Source of the DNA: an uncultured Clostridia bacterium
GTDB lineage: Bacteria; Bacillota; Clostridia; Christensenellales; Borkfalkiaceae
Assembly (NCBI GenBank): GCA_944376445.1
Contig: CALWCR010000131.1
Location: forward strand, 1-56,066
Length of the DNA: 56,066 nucleotides
Direction of reading: 5' to 3'
Part shown: piece after piece, positions 47,290-56,066 of the stretch
Layout of the letters: every line of letters begins with the position of its first letter
Numbering within the stretch: the first letter of the stretch is position 1
Position numbers and translations under genes: made by a program
The notes under the pieces: generated by a model
What the model saw: the letters and a program-made list of their open reading frames with translations, nothing else
What the model was told of the DNA's origin: nothing
Database searches by the model: none

Positions 47290-48243
47290 TCACCAAATAC
47301 TGTACCCGTTCAGCCGCTTTGTCAAAAAATTGGAAATAATGACCAGCGTCGCACCGAATACGCTCTGAAAAATACCGACCGCCGTCGCAAAAGAATATTG
47401 CTGGTTGCCGATGCCCAAATTGTACATATACGTTTCAAGGATCTCGCCGCGCTTGCGGAGGAGAGAATTCATCCCCATAAAGATGAGGTTCTGCTCAAAG
47501 TCCCCGTACAAAAGAGTGCCGATCTGGATGAGAAACATGAGCGTCATGATGGGCAGCAGCAGCGGGAGCGTGATATAGATCAATTTGCTCCACTTTGATG
47601 CGCCGTCGATCTCCGCCGCTTCATAATAATCGGTATTGATATTGCCGAGCGCCGCAAAATAGACGATGCTGCCCCACCCTATATTTTTCCACACATAGGA
47701 AAAGATGAGCATGGGCACGATCCATTTTTCGCTCGCGAGGAAAGGCACCTTTTCCAGTCCCATCCCCTCCAAAAGCAGATTCAGGGCGCCGTAATTATAA
47801 TTGAACAGCATATACATGAATCCGTAAACGATGACCCACGACAAAAACTGAGGGATATAGCTGATGATCTGCGTAGTGCGCTGAAAAATTTTGCCCGAAA
47901 CGGCATTGAACGCGAGCGCAAGCAGGATCGGCGCGGGAAAACCGAACAATATTTTTAAGAAATTCAGATACAGCGTATTGGCAAAGACGCGCAAAAAATC
48001 CGACCCCGTGAAAAATTTTTTGAAATGCGCGAAACCCACCCATTCGCTGTCCTCGATGCCGATCCTGGGATAATATTCCTTGAATGCGATCTGCAATCCG
48101 TACAGCGGTACGATCTTATAAATGATGATGATCACCGCCGGGAAAAGCATCATCAGATAATAGGGCCAGTATTTGACGAGCGCATCGGCAAACCGCCTGA
48201 AAACATTCTTTTTCTTTTCCCCCGATAAAGACCTATGATCCAT
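47290..48243 (-). CDS. Carbohydrate ABC permease (LplB/YteP-like)
   Basis: PLYGLQIAFKEY, WVGFAHF, PQFLSWVIV, YEAAEIDGA. Confidence 0.95.
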   Translation of the reverse strand: MDHRSLSGEKKKNVFRRFADALVKYWPYYLMMLFPAVIIIIYKIVPLYGLQIAFKEYYPRIGIEDSEWVGFAHFKKFFTGSDFLRVFANTLYLNFLKILFGFPAPILLALAFNAVSGKIFQRTTQIISYIPQFLSWVIVYGFMYMLFNYNYGALNLLLEGMGLEKVPFLASEKWIVPMLIFSYVWKNIGWGSIVYFAALGNINTDYYEAAEIDGASKWSKLIYITLPLLLPIMTLMFLIQIGTLLYGDFEQNLIFMGMNSLLRKRGEILETYMYNLGIGNQQYSFATAVGIFQSVFGATLVIISNFLTKRLNGYSIW

Positions 48244-48270
48244 CTCTTCCCCCTTATCCGCATCCCGCTC

Positions 48271-49737
48271 TTACTTGAAAACAATGTTTTTCGCAAATTC
48301 ATTGATCTCAAAGTAATCGGATTTGTTATCTTCCGTGACCCGAACGCCGGCAAACGACAGATTTTCAAAAGTCACGTCGCGGATCCCGTTATTTTCATCC
48401 AGTCCCCACAACAAACTGTATGCATATTGTCTGCCGGAAACGGTGATGTTTTTGAATGTGCAGTCATATAAATTGCCGAGTTTACTGTTATGGTGCTGCT
48501 CCGGCCAAGGATACAGAGTATTGGAAATACTGATAAGCGGCATGATGAGGTTCCCTTCGATATAAATATTTTCGTAATGCTGATTTTTGAACCCCGTAGA
48601 AGGATCGCTCCCGTCTATGACCGCACGGAACACCGCATTGCCGATCGCATCTTTGTTCATCATCGGCTTGACATAAATATCTTTTGCGACGCCCTGATAA
48701 TTATGATCCATATCCCATCCCCAATACCCGATCAAAAAGACGTTGTTATTGGTGGAAGCGCCGAAACAATCGGTGATCTCCAGATTTCCCTGCCAACTGT
48801 AATTCATATAGAAAATGTCGTCGCCGCAGAAGGCAAAACAGCGATCCACTATCCCTTTGCGCGTAGCGGTAGGCCGCGCATGAAAGCCATCCGAACAATA
48901 CATCCAGGGAGAAACCACCTTGACATTGCGGAATTCGTTGATATCCTGGCTGTTATAGCAGGGAGAATTGATGATGCAGATCCCTTCCAGACAAATATTT
49001 TCCCCTTGCGGATTGCCGCGTATCATAAAATATTTCACGAATTCAGACCAAAGCGCAGAATTTTGCGTCTCTGCCATCACCTCCGCGCCCGATTTATATT
49101 CGCCCGACAAAATGCCGTACCCCATCACTTTTACGTTGTCCGCCTGCGTCATATCCAGGCTGCCGATCAGATAAGCGCCGTAATCCAGATACAGCGTCGT
49201 GCCGCTTTCGACTTTATACGCCTGACCGATCGGGTGCACGCCCGCAGGGAAATATACGGCGCCTTGAGGAACTTCCTCCCGCTCGGGATTGGCAAAAATC
49301 AGCAGCGGATGCTGCTTATTGCCGTTGATCTCCAGCCAGACCTTGTCATACGGCGCTACTTCCAAGGAGATCTTCCCGCCTTGCAGGGCGGCCCCGAAAT
49401 CTTTGTTTTGCGGGCTGACGGAAAAACTCTCGATCTCTTGCTCCAAACAATCGACTTCTATCTTTGTCTTTCCGCCCGTCTCCAAATTGACAAAACTGAC
49501 CTTGCCGCCCCAGACTTTTTTGCTGTTCATCTCCGCTTCCGAATCAAAGACGAATTTTTCCGTCCGCACGGTCCCCTCTATCTGCCTCACCCGATAAGTC
49601 TGCGAAGCGTATTTCCGGAGCGAGGCGACCTCGAACAAAGATTCCTTTACATCCGTCATTTTTTGTGCGCAAGAGGAAAAACCGATCGTCATAATCATAA
49701 GAATCGCCGCCGTTAAAATACTGAAAAATTTTTTCAT
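48271..49737 (-). CDS. Right-handed beta-helix glycoside hydrolase lipoprotein (GH49/GH28-like)
   Basis: Lipobox FSSC (start MKKFFS at 49737); VYFPAGVH, LYLDYGAYLIG, GYGILSGE, SDG...GDD acidic cluster, repeated FxNI. Confidence 0.75.
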   Translation of the reverse strand: MKKFFSILTAAILMIMTIGFSSCAQKMTDVKESLFEVASLRKYASQTYRVRQIEGTVRTEKFVFDSEAEMNSKKVWGGKVSFVNLETGGKTKIEVDCLEQEIESFSVSPQNKDFGAALQGGKISLEVAPYDKVWLEINGNKQHPLLIFANPEREEVPQGAVYFPAGVHPIGQAYKVESGTTLYLDYGAYLIGSLDMTQADNVKVMGYGILSGEYKSGAEVMAETQNSALWSEFVKYFMIRGNPQGENICLEGICIINSPCYNSQDINEFRNVKVVSPWMYCSDGFHARPTATRKGIVDRCFAFCGDDIFYMNYSWQGNLEITDCFGASTNNNVFLIGYWGWDMDHNYQGVAKDIYVKPMMNKDAIGNAVFRAVIDGSDPSTGFKNQHYENIYIEGNLIMPLISISNTLYPWPEQHHNSKLGNLYDCTFKNITVSGRQYAYSLLWGLDENNGIRDVTFENLSFAGVRVTEDNKSDYFEINEFAKNIVFK

Positions 49738-49992
49738 CACGACTCCCTCCCTCGCCTTGATAATAGCACAAAAAAAGAGGCCGATGTCAAAAATCGGTCT
49801 CCCTCTCACCCGCAATGTAAAAAATCCTATCCTAATAATCGCCCTTTCAAGCCGATTTCCGCACATAAAACCGCTGTGCGGCCATCACTTTTCCGTGCGC
49901 CCCGCCGAGGCTTCCTTCCCCTGTCAACGCCATACACGATCGGCGCCCGACAACTATTCTGCCGCATATCCGCACTTTTATGCGCGCCGTGC

Positions 49993-50979
49993 TTATTGTT
50001 TTCTTTCGACAAATTTCGTCGGCTCGACGGTAAATTTTTCTTCCTCCTGCAATATGTTTTCGTAATTTTCGCCAAACGAATAGGTGTCGGCGGCAAATTC
50101 GTCCGCACGGTACTCTCCCACGCTTTTCCCGACCAGTTTTTTGAATGCGTGATAAAAATTCTGCCTGTTATTGAAGCCGCATTCGACGGCAATATCGATC
50201 ACGGGCAGCGCCGTATTTTTCAACATACTCATGGCGCGGCCGACCCTGGCTTCATTGATCATTTCCACCAAAGTCTTTCCCGTTTCCTGCCTGATCAATT
50301 TATGCAAATACCCCTTACTGATCTTTAAATACGCCGAAAGCGCGGACGCCGTGATCTCTTCCGCAAAATGCTCGTTGATATATTTTACCGCTTTTTTGAC
50401 ATACACCATCCCCTGGTGCACTTTGTTCGCTTCCCAGATCTTGCCGAGTTTGATAAAAAGTTCGGTGATATAGGCGTTAAACAGTATCTCGCGCTCCTGC
50501 TTTGCCAATAAACTCAGCGTCAGCTCCGCCTGCAGCTTTTTGATGGGAAGAAGTATATCCCCCGCGTTCGTAAAGATATAATAACAGCTGTCCTGCTCGA
50601 ACATCTTCGTCAGATTGCCGCTGTGCCGCACGACCTCTGAAAAATCGTAATGCAGCGCGACGTCTTCGCTCTTGCGCCGTTCAAATTCGATATTCAGCAT
50701 TTTTGCCCCGCCGGTAACGATCAGGCGATGGAATATGTCCGAATGGATAAAGATCGCCATGTCTTTCGTCAGATGGACGATCTCTTCATTCATCCTCTTG
50801 CCCGCAATAAAGCGATACAATTTTATATCGCATTCCCCGTCTTCGACATACATGATCTCATAATGCGCGTGAGAATGAAATACCATATCGAATTTCCGCC
50901 ATTCTTTATTATAATAGGCGATCGGATACAGACAAAATCTTTTAAAATGCTTGATCCCGTTCGGATTGCTGCCGTCCAT
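49993..50979 (-). CDS. AraC-family regulator with cupin sensor
   Basis: HSHAHYEIMYV; HTH LSAYLKISKGYL...ECGFNNRQNFYHAFKK. Start uncertain (50979 or 50985). Confidence 0.92.
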   Translation of the reverse strand: MDGSNPNGIKHFKRFCLYPIAYYNKEWRKFDMVFHSHAHYEIMYVEDGECDIKLYRFIAGKRMNEEIVHLTKDMAIFIHSDIFHRLIVTGGAKMLNIEFERRKSEDVALHYDFSEVVRHSGNLTKMFEQDSCYYIFTNAGDILLPIKKLQAELTLSLLAKQEREILFNAYITELFIKLGKIWEANKVHQGMVYVKKAVKYINEHFAEEITASALSAYLKISKGYLHKLIRQETGKTLVEMINEARVGRAMSMLKNTALPVIDIAVECGFNNRQNFYHAFKKLVGKSVGEYRADEFAADTYSFGENYENILQEEEKFTVEPTKFVERKQ

Positions 50980-51154
50980 GTTCATCTCCCCTTTCCACGG
51001 AAAACATTGTAGCATATCCGCACCGCAAAAGCAAGCCTTGCCCCATATGATATGAGAATATTTTACATATGTCGGTTTTTACTGCCGCTTTTTTTACACC
51101 GCCTCCGTACACGCAAGTATACTTATGGTAAGACAGTCCTTTGGAGGATTTTGC

Positions 51155-52366
51155 ATGAACGCAGACATACAAAGAATACGCGCGCTTGCCAAACAATGGG
51201 CGCAGCTGGCAAACGGCAATGCCATGAAAGAAAAAATCGACGCGTGGACGAAGCTGCACGATCTGCATCCCGTCCGCCCCGTCTGCATCATCGAAACGGA
51301 ACTGATGAGCGACTTCGTCACGCAAACAGAACTCAAATGCGAAGATTCTGCCCTGCGCGGCGTCGAACAGCGGCTGCTGCACGGGATCAAACACGCCACC
51401 CTCTTTGACGACGATTATGTACTCAACCGCGCATACAAGGCCGATTTCGTCCTTCGCTGCGAAAATTATGATTACGGCGTCGGACTTGCCTATCGCACAC
51501 TGGAAAATCATGCCGTCGTGGCAAACCATCCGATCGAAAAGCCTTCCGATCTGCGAAAGCTCAAAAAACGCACCTTTTCCGTAGACATAGAAGCGTCCCG
51601 ATCGCAGAAAAATTTCCTGGAAGATCTCTTTGACGGGATCATCCCCGTGCAATTGCAGCTTTCCGATTTCAACCTCCCGCAGATTTCCAAATACGTCTTC
51701 GATCTGATCGGAATGGAAAATTTATATTTTTGGATGATCGATGAACCAAACGCGATCAGGGAGATCGTCGGGTATATCAAAGACGACTATATCGAAAAGA
51801 TGCGCACCCTTGAAAAGAGCGGTTTTCTGACGCTCAATAACGAAAACCAATACGCCGGCTCCGGAAGCCTCGGCTATATATCCGATATAAAGCGCTCGGC
51901 GGACGCACGGGTTCGTCTGCAGGATATGTGGGTATGGATCGAATCGCAGGAAACGGAAACCATATCTCCCGATATGTTTGAAGAGTTTTTCCTGCCCGCG
52001 CTCAAAGAGATCGCGGACCTTTTCCGCTACACCTATTACGGCTGCTGCGAACATCTGCACGACCGCTTCGACAGGATCGAGCAGTATATCCGCAATATCC
52101 GCTGCGTTTCCGTATCCCCCTGGAGCGATAAGAAGATCATGGGAAAACTGCTGAAAAACAACTACGTCTTTTCCGCAAAGCTCACCCCGCAGTTCATATC
52201 GCAGGCGATCCCGGACGAAAGATCTCAGGATAAGGAACTTGCGGATATTTTTGATGCGCTGCAAGATAAAAAGCTGGTCGAATACATCTACCGCGACGTT
52301 TACGAATACCGAAACGATCCCGAAAAATTCAGGCGCTGGATCGCGAAGGTCAAAAAACTTTATTGA
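51155..52366 (+). CDS. URO-D/methyltransferase-superfamily-like TIM-barrel protein, divergent from the AraC gene
   Basis: GGAGG RBS before MNADIQ; LIGMENL.FWMIDEP, SQET..ISPDMFEEFFLP, YYGCCEHLH, SVSPW. Confidence 0.72.
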   Translation: MNADIQRIRALAKQWAQLANGNAMKEKIDAWTKLHDLHPVRPVCIIETELMSDFVTQTELKCEDSALRGVEQRLLHGIKHATLFDDDYVLNRAYKADFVLRCENYDYGVGLAYRTLENHAVVANHPIEKPSDLRKLKKRTFSVDIEASRSQKNFLEDLFDGIIPVQLQLSDFNLPQISKYVFDLIGMENLYFWMIDEPNAIREIVGYIKDDYIEKMRTLEKSGFLTLNNENQYAGSGSLGYISDIKRSADARVRLQDMWVWIESQETETISPDMFEEFFLPALKEIADLFRYTYYGCCEHLHDRFDRIEQYIRNIRCVSVSPWSDKKIMGKLLKNNYVFSAKLTPQFISQAIPDERSQDKELADIFDALQDKKLVEYIYRDVYEYRNDPEKFRRWIAKVKKLY

Positions 52367-52377
52367 TGTTTCCCTAC

Positions 52378-52406
52378 GTATAAGATTTTCCGCTTTGCCC
52401 ATACTT
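52378..52406 (+). promoter_or_regulatory. Putative sigmaF/sigmaG-type promoter of sigG
   Basis: GTATA (52378-52382), 17-bp spacer, CATACTT (52400-52406); fits the forespore consensus GYATA/CATAnTA. Confidence 0.6.
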
Positions 52407-52446
52407 GAAACTGTGCGGCGCGTGCCGCGCGGCGGAGGTGAAGGGT

Positions 52447-53226
52447 ATGTTGAGCAAAGTAGAGATCTGCGGCGTCGATACGGCGGGGCTGCCGCTCTTG
52501 TCGGCAAAGGAGAGCGACGAACTGATGCGCCGCCTCAAAGAGGGAGACGAAGAGGCGCGCCGCCTGTTCATCGTGGGGAATATGCGCCTCGTCCTCTCGC
52601 TCGTAAAGCGGTTTTGGGCAAAAAACGCCAATGCCGACGACGTATTCCAGGCGGGGTGCATCGGGCTTTTGAAGGCGATAGACGGCTTCGACCCCAATCT
52701 CGGCGTGCGCTTTTCCACTTACGGCGTGCCGATGATCTTGGGCGAGATCAAACGCTATCTGCGCGACGGGAACTCCCTGCGCGTTTCCCGCAGCATACGG
52801 GACACGGCGTATAAAGTCTTGAAAACGCGGGAAAGCATCGAGCGGCGTGACGAAGAGGCGACCATCGAAAAGATCGCCGCCGAGATGCACGTGCGGGAAA
52901 AGGAAGTCGTCTATGCCCTGGACGCGATCTCCGATCCCGTTTCTTTATTTGAACCCGTCTACAATAAATCGGGCGACGCACTCATGCTGATGGACCAGAT
53001 CTACGACGAAAAGAACAACGACGAGGTCTGGACGGAGCACGCCGCCCTGACCGAAGCGATGGCGCGCCTCGGCGAACGGGAACGAAAGATCTTGTTCTTG
53101 CGCTATTATGAAGGCAAGACGCAGACGGAGATCTCGGACGAGGTCGGCATTTCGCAGGCGCAGGTCTCGCGCCTAGAAAAGAGCGCGATCGAATGTATCC
53201 GCAAAAACATCGCTTACGAATGCTGA
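52447..53226 (+). CDS. sigG: Sporulation RNA polymerase sigma factor SigG
   Basis: Diagnostic N-terminus KVEICGVDTAGLPLL; region 2 DDVFQAGCIGLLKAIDGFD...FSTYGVPMILGEIKRYLRD; region 4 GKTQTEISDEVGISQAQVSRLEK. Confidence 0.93.
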   Translation: MLSKVEICGVDTAGLPLLSAKESDELMRRLKEGDEEARRLFIVGNMRLVLSLVKRFWAKNANADDVFQAGCIGLLKAIDGFDPNLGVRFSTYGVPMILGEIKRYLRDGNSLRVSRSIRDTAYKVLKTRESIERRDEEATIEKIAAEMHVREKEVVYALDAISDPVSLFEPVYNKSGDALMLMDQIYDEKNNDEVWTEHAALTEAMARLGERERKILFLRYYEGKTQTEISDEVGISQAQVSRLEKSAIECIRKNIAYEC

Positions 53227-53236
53227 TCCCCTAAAA

Positions 53237-53316
53237 GAAAGAGCGGGCGCGCTGCTGCGCCCGCTCTTTCGCCGTTTTCAGCCGCGGCCGCTTTTTCCGA
53301 AAGAAAAAGCGGCCGC
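53237..53316. terminator. Twin hairpins between convergent sigG and GH13
   Basis: gaaagagcgggcgc-N6-gcgcccgctctttc (53237-53270) and gcggccgctttttc-N5-gaaaaagcggccgc (53284-53316). Confidence 0.85.
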
Positions 53317-53331
53317 AAATATATCCGTCTT

Positions 53332-54657
53332 TTATCCGTTCTTCTTAAAATATTTTACGGCAAAGGGCGGCAGATAAATGTCGTTGAGATTGCGCACTTC
53401 TCCCGTCAAAAGATCTGTCCCCTCCGCTTCTTCCACGCGGACGGTCACGTCGCCGTCGGAGATATTAAAGGCGCAGTAAATGCGCTCCCCGTCCTTTTCA
53501 CGCTTGAAGCACATATATTTATTGGAGAGGACGCATTTATCGTATGTGCCGTAAGCGAGCGCCTTTTCGCGCGCGCGGATACCGTTGAGCTTGCGGATGA
53601 AAGCGGTGAGCTGCGGGCACTTGTCTTTATCGATCCCGCCGATCGAAGGGCGGAGCGCGTCGTCGCCGCCCACGCCGCGCCCCTTATCCCCTTCCGCGCC
53701 GTATTCGCTGCCGTAATAGACGCAGGGAATGCCCGGCATGGCGTAGAGGATGGCGTACATCGCATAGATCTTGCGTTTGTCCGTAAGAGCGGTATAGGCG
53801 CGGGGCACGTCGTGATTGTCCACAAACGAGAAGAGGTTTTTGCCCGTGTACAGGCACCACGGCTGCCTGCCGAACAGCCGCTCCAGGGAGTGTTCGATCT
53901 CAAAGAGGTTGTCCGAATTGAGCGCCGAAGTGAGCCCCTTGTAGCACTCGTAATTTGTCATGGAATCCAATCGCTCGGGCGTGATGTTTTTGGCGAAATT
54001 CTGCCCGTGGATGACCTCGCCCATGAGGAAGAAATCGGGCCGCTTTTCGCGCACGATCCTTCTGAGCCATTCAAAGAACCATTCGGGCAAAAGATACGCC
54101 ACGTCCAGCCTGAGCCCGTCGATGCCGAATTCATCTATCCAGAAGCGCACGGCGCGCGCGATATAGCCGAGCACCCCGTCGTTTTGCAGATTGAGCTTGA
54201 CGAGCTCCATGTGCCCTTCCCAGCCTTCGTACCAAAAACCGTCGTTATACGCCGTGTTGCCGTTGAAATCTATGCGGAACCAGTCCTTTTTGTCCGAATT
54301 TTGGCGCTGCGCTTTCACCTCTTCAAAGGCAAAAAAGCGCCTGCCGACGTGATTGAAGACGCCGTCCAGGACGACGCGCATACCCGCCTTATGGAAGGCG
54401 GCGACCAGCTCTTTGAAATCCTCGTTGCTGCCGAGGCGTCTGTCCACGCTGAAAAAATCCACCGTGTCGTATCCGTGACGCTCGCTCTCGAAGAGAGGGT
54501 TGAAAAGGACCGCCTTGAAGCCCATCTCCGCGATCTCGGGGATGCGCTCCGCGATCTTATCGAAACGGCGGCAAACCTGCCCGCCGCCGTTCTCCTTTTC
54601 CGCGCCGCAGTACCCGAGCGGGTAGATCTGATAAAACACGCTTTCGTCAAACCACAT
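53332..54657 (-). CDS. Cytoplasmic GH13 alpha-amylase-family enzyme (cyclomaltodextrinase/neopullulanase-like)
   Basis: FYQIYP, HGYDT, LDGVFNH, DGLRLDVA, GEVIH, VDNHD, PGIPCVYYG. Start MWFDES at 54657. Confidence 0.93.
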   Translation of the reverse strand: MWFDESVFYQIYPLGYCGAEKENGGGQVCRRFDKIAERIPEIAEMGFKAVLFNPLFESERHGYDTVDFFSVDRRLGSNEDFKELVAAFHKAGMRVVLDGVFNHVGRRFFAFEEVKAQRQNSDKKDWFRIDFNGNTAYNDGFWYEGWEGHMELVKLNLQNDGVLGYIARAVRFWIDEFGIDGLRLDVAYLLPEWFFEWLRRIVREKRPDFFLMGEVIHGQNFAKNITPERLDSMTNYECYKGLTSALNSDNLFEIEHSLERLFGRQPWCLYTGKNLFSFVDNHDVPRAYTALTDKRKIYAMYAILYAMPGIPCVYYGSEYGAEGDKGRGVGGDDALRPSIGGIDKDKCPQLTAFIRKLNGIRAREKALAYGTYDKCVLSNKYMCFKREKDGERIYCAFNISDGDVTVRVEEAEGTDLLTGEVRNLNDIYLPPFAVKYFKKNG

Positions 54658-54730
54658 ATGTCCTTCCTCTGTCTTTGCGTAAAAATTTGCCTGCGGCAAA
54701 GGAAGCCCTTTTTTGCCGCGCATTTCGTCT

Positions 54731-54759
54731 ATTATACCACGCCGCCGCCCGCGCGTCAA
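54731..54759 (-). promoter_or_regulatory. Near-consensus sigmaA promoter of GH13
   Basis: TTGACG (54759-54754), 17-bp spacer, TATAAT (54736-54731) with an extended TG. Confidence 0.8.
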
Positions 54760-54766
54760 TCGCCGC

Positions 54767-54836
54767 GGGCAAAAAACGGGGATACGCGGGCAAAAAAGCG
54801 CGTATGGGGGCAAAATAACGGAACTCTCGGACAAAA
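54767..54836. repeat. Four phased GG(G/A)CAAAA direct repeats upstream of the GH13 promoter
   Basis: Copies at 54767, 54788, 54808 and 54829 (spacing 21, 20, 21 bp). Confidence 0.7.
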
Positions 54837-54843
54837 TAAGCGT

Positions 54844-54869
54844 GGGCGCCCTTTTAAGAAAGGGCGCCC
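54844..54869 (-). terminator. Stem-loop after the 359-aa lipoprotein gene
   Basis: gggcgcccttt-taag-aaagggcgccc. Confidence 0.65.
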
Positions 54870-54899
54870 TCGCCGTACATACATTGCAGCGCTTACGGG

Positions 54900-55979
54900 C
54901 TAATTTGCCTGCTCTTGGGGAACATCCAGGACGATAAGGATACTTTCCCCCGCCTCTTCGACGTTGATGACGTCCTCTTCGGCGCCGCTTGCGATGGTAA
55001 ACGGCCGATAGACGGTGACGCCGTATTCGTTGACATAGGCATACCCCACCCAGACGTCAAAATCGCGGCCTTTCAGAAAATCACAGGTATAGGTAACGGT
55101 ATTTCCTTCCGCAGGGTAAGTGAAATCGAAATTCTGATATTCGGGGCAGGCGCTGCCGAAGAGGCATTCTTCGCAGCCGAGGTGCAGGCGGAAAGACTCG
55201 CCGCCGTATCCCTCTTTGAGCGCGGAAAGATCGAGCGTGACTTCCGCCGTCACGAGCTCGTCCGCAAACAACTCTCCCTCTTCAAAGACGGTGACCGTCC
55301 GCGTGAGCATACGCCCGCCGTCCGTCTCCGTAAAGACGATCGTGGCAGTTCCCAAAGACAGCTTGGACAGATCGAGCTTGAAGGAGCAGCTGTACGAAGC
55401 GATGTTGTCGTTGCCCGAACGGATGACGGAAAACGCATCGTTCGGGATGACGCTCTCATTGGTGGAAAACACCTCCGCATAGATCATGCCGTTATCCGAA
55501 CTGATGCTGTTGTTGACGGGATCGGTGCCGAAGGTGACCTCGTATGACTGTACGGCGTCGTAAGACGCTTCCTTTGCCGCGGCGATCTCGGCGGGCGCGA
55601 GCGTCCAGCCCATGCCGCTTTCCGCGTGGAGCATCTCGGGCGCGTCGGACACTACCGCCGTCACGGTGACGTCTTCTGCGGGCATGACGAAGGTATACGT
55701 CCCCGCTTCGCTCCCCGCCTTACATTCCGTATCGCCAGCGAGCACTTTGTCGATCTGTAAAAAAGGCTCCGCATCGACGCTGACTGTGACCGTCTCGCCC
55801 GCGGGCGCGATGGCGTGGTCTGCGGAAATATCGTACCATTCCCCGTCGGTGCAGGCGATAGAGTGGCTTTCACCCTTGCCGCCGTCTTTACCGCCGCCCG
55901 TCTCCGCGCACGCCGCGAAAGCAAAAGCGAGCGCCGCGCACAAGAGGAGCGCAAGCAAACTTTTCCGTACATTTTTCAT
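54900..55979 (-). CDS. Hypothetical lipoprotein with an InlB-B/Flg_new-like domain
   Basis: Lipobox FAAC (start MKNVRK); AGETVTVSV...YTFVMPAEDVTVTA. Confidence 0.8.
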   Translation of the reverse strand: MKNVRKSLLALLLCAALAFAFAACAETGGGKDGGKGESHSIACTDGEWYDISADHAIAPAGETVTVSVDAEPFLQIDKVLAGDTECKAGSEAGTYTFVMPAEDVTVTAVVSDAPEMLHAESGMGWTLAPAEIAAAKEASYDAVQSYEVTFGTDPVNNSISSDNGMIYAEVFSTNESVIPNDAFSVIRSGNDNIASYSCSFKLDLSKLSLGTATIVFTETDGGRMLTRTVTVFEEGELFADELVTAEVTLDLSALKEGYGGESFRLHLGCEECLFGSACPEYQNFDFTYPAEGNTVTYTCDFLKGRDFDVWVGYAYVNEYGVTVYRPFTIASGAEEDVINVEEAGESILIVLDVPQEQAN

Positions 55980-56015
55980 GGATATCCCTCCTTGTCCCGT
56001 ATCGTTTGCCCCTTT

Positions 56016-56043
56016 ATTATAGCACACTATCCGCAACAGTCAA
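56016..56043 (-). promoter_or_regulatory. Putative sigmaA promoter
   Basis: TTGACT (56043-56038), 16-bp spacer, TATAAT (56021-56016) with an extended TG. Confidence 0.6.
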
Positions 56044-56066
56044 CCCCTCAAAATATTTACCATACG

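Noticed and set aside
11968-48243. No ATPase gene for any of the three ABC transporters
   Set aside because: Normal for Firmicute sugar importers, which share an MsmK/MsmX-type ATPase encoded elsewhere.
25540-52400. Mobile element call for the AT-richer block
   Set aside because: No integrase, transposase, tRNA or att-like direct repeats found.
54767-54836. CRISPR-like repeats
   Set aside because: Repeats are only 8 bp with 12-13-bp gaps, and there are no cas genes.

Overview
Chromosomal window of a spore-forming Clostridia-type Firmicute (sigG present; many MKK...C lipoprotein signal peptides; moderately high GC). Nearly all of it is three back-to-back minus-strand carbohydrate-utilisation loci. 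Locus 1 (1-25474): sugar-phosphate isomerase-like gene, AraC regulator, then a long operon with GH31, a Big_2-only lipoprotein, a 967-aa modular lipoprotein, a sugar ABC transporter, GH43 and a giant (>=3249 aa) repeat-module lipoprotein that the ORF track omits because it runs off the left edge. Locus 2 (25650-36906): a DUF4965/GH52-like hydrolase, a cytoplasmic GH26 whose acid/base Glu is Gly, a YesN-like AraC regulator with a degenerate receiver and no kinase nearby, then a Big_2 lipoprotein with a duplicated unknown domain, an ABC transporter and an intact GH26 lipoprotein. Locus 3 (37183-52366): AraC regulator, GH49/GH28-like beta-helix lipoprotein, LplABC-type ABC transporter, CBM-like proteins, a DUF4832-like lipoprotein, GH4 and two URO-D/MtaA-like TIM barrels. 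The right end holds sigG, a GH13 and a lipoprotein. Best candidates for undescribed biology: (i) a possible pseudo-glycosidase plus pseudo-receiver sensing module, (ii) the giant mosaic lectin-like array with variable loops, and (iii) URO-D-like enzymes embedded in a glycan locus. All family calls come from motif recognition by eye, not database searches. No RNA genes, CRISPR array or mobile element were seen.
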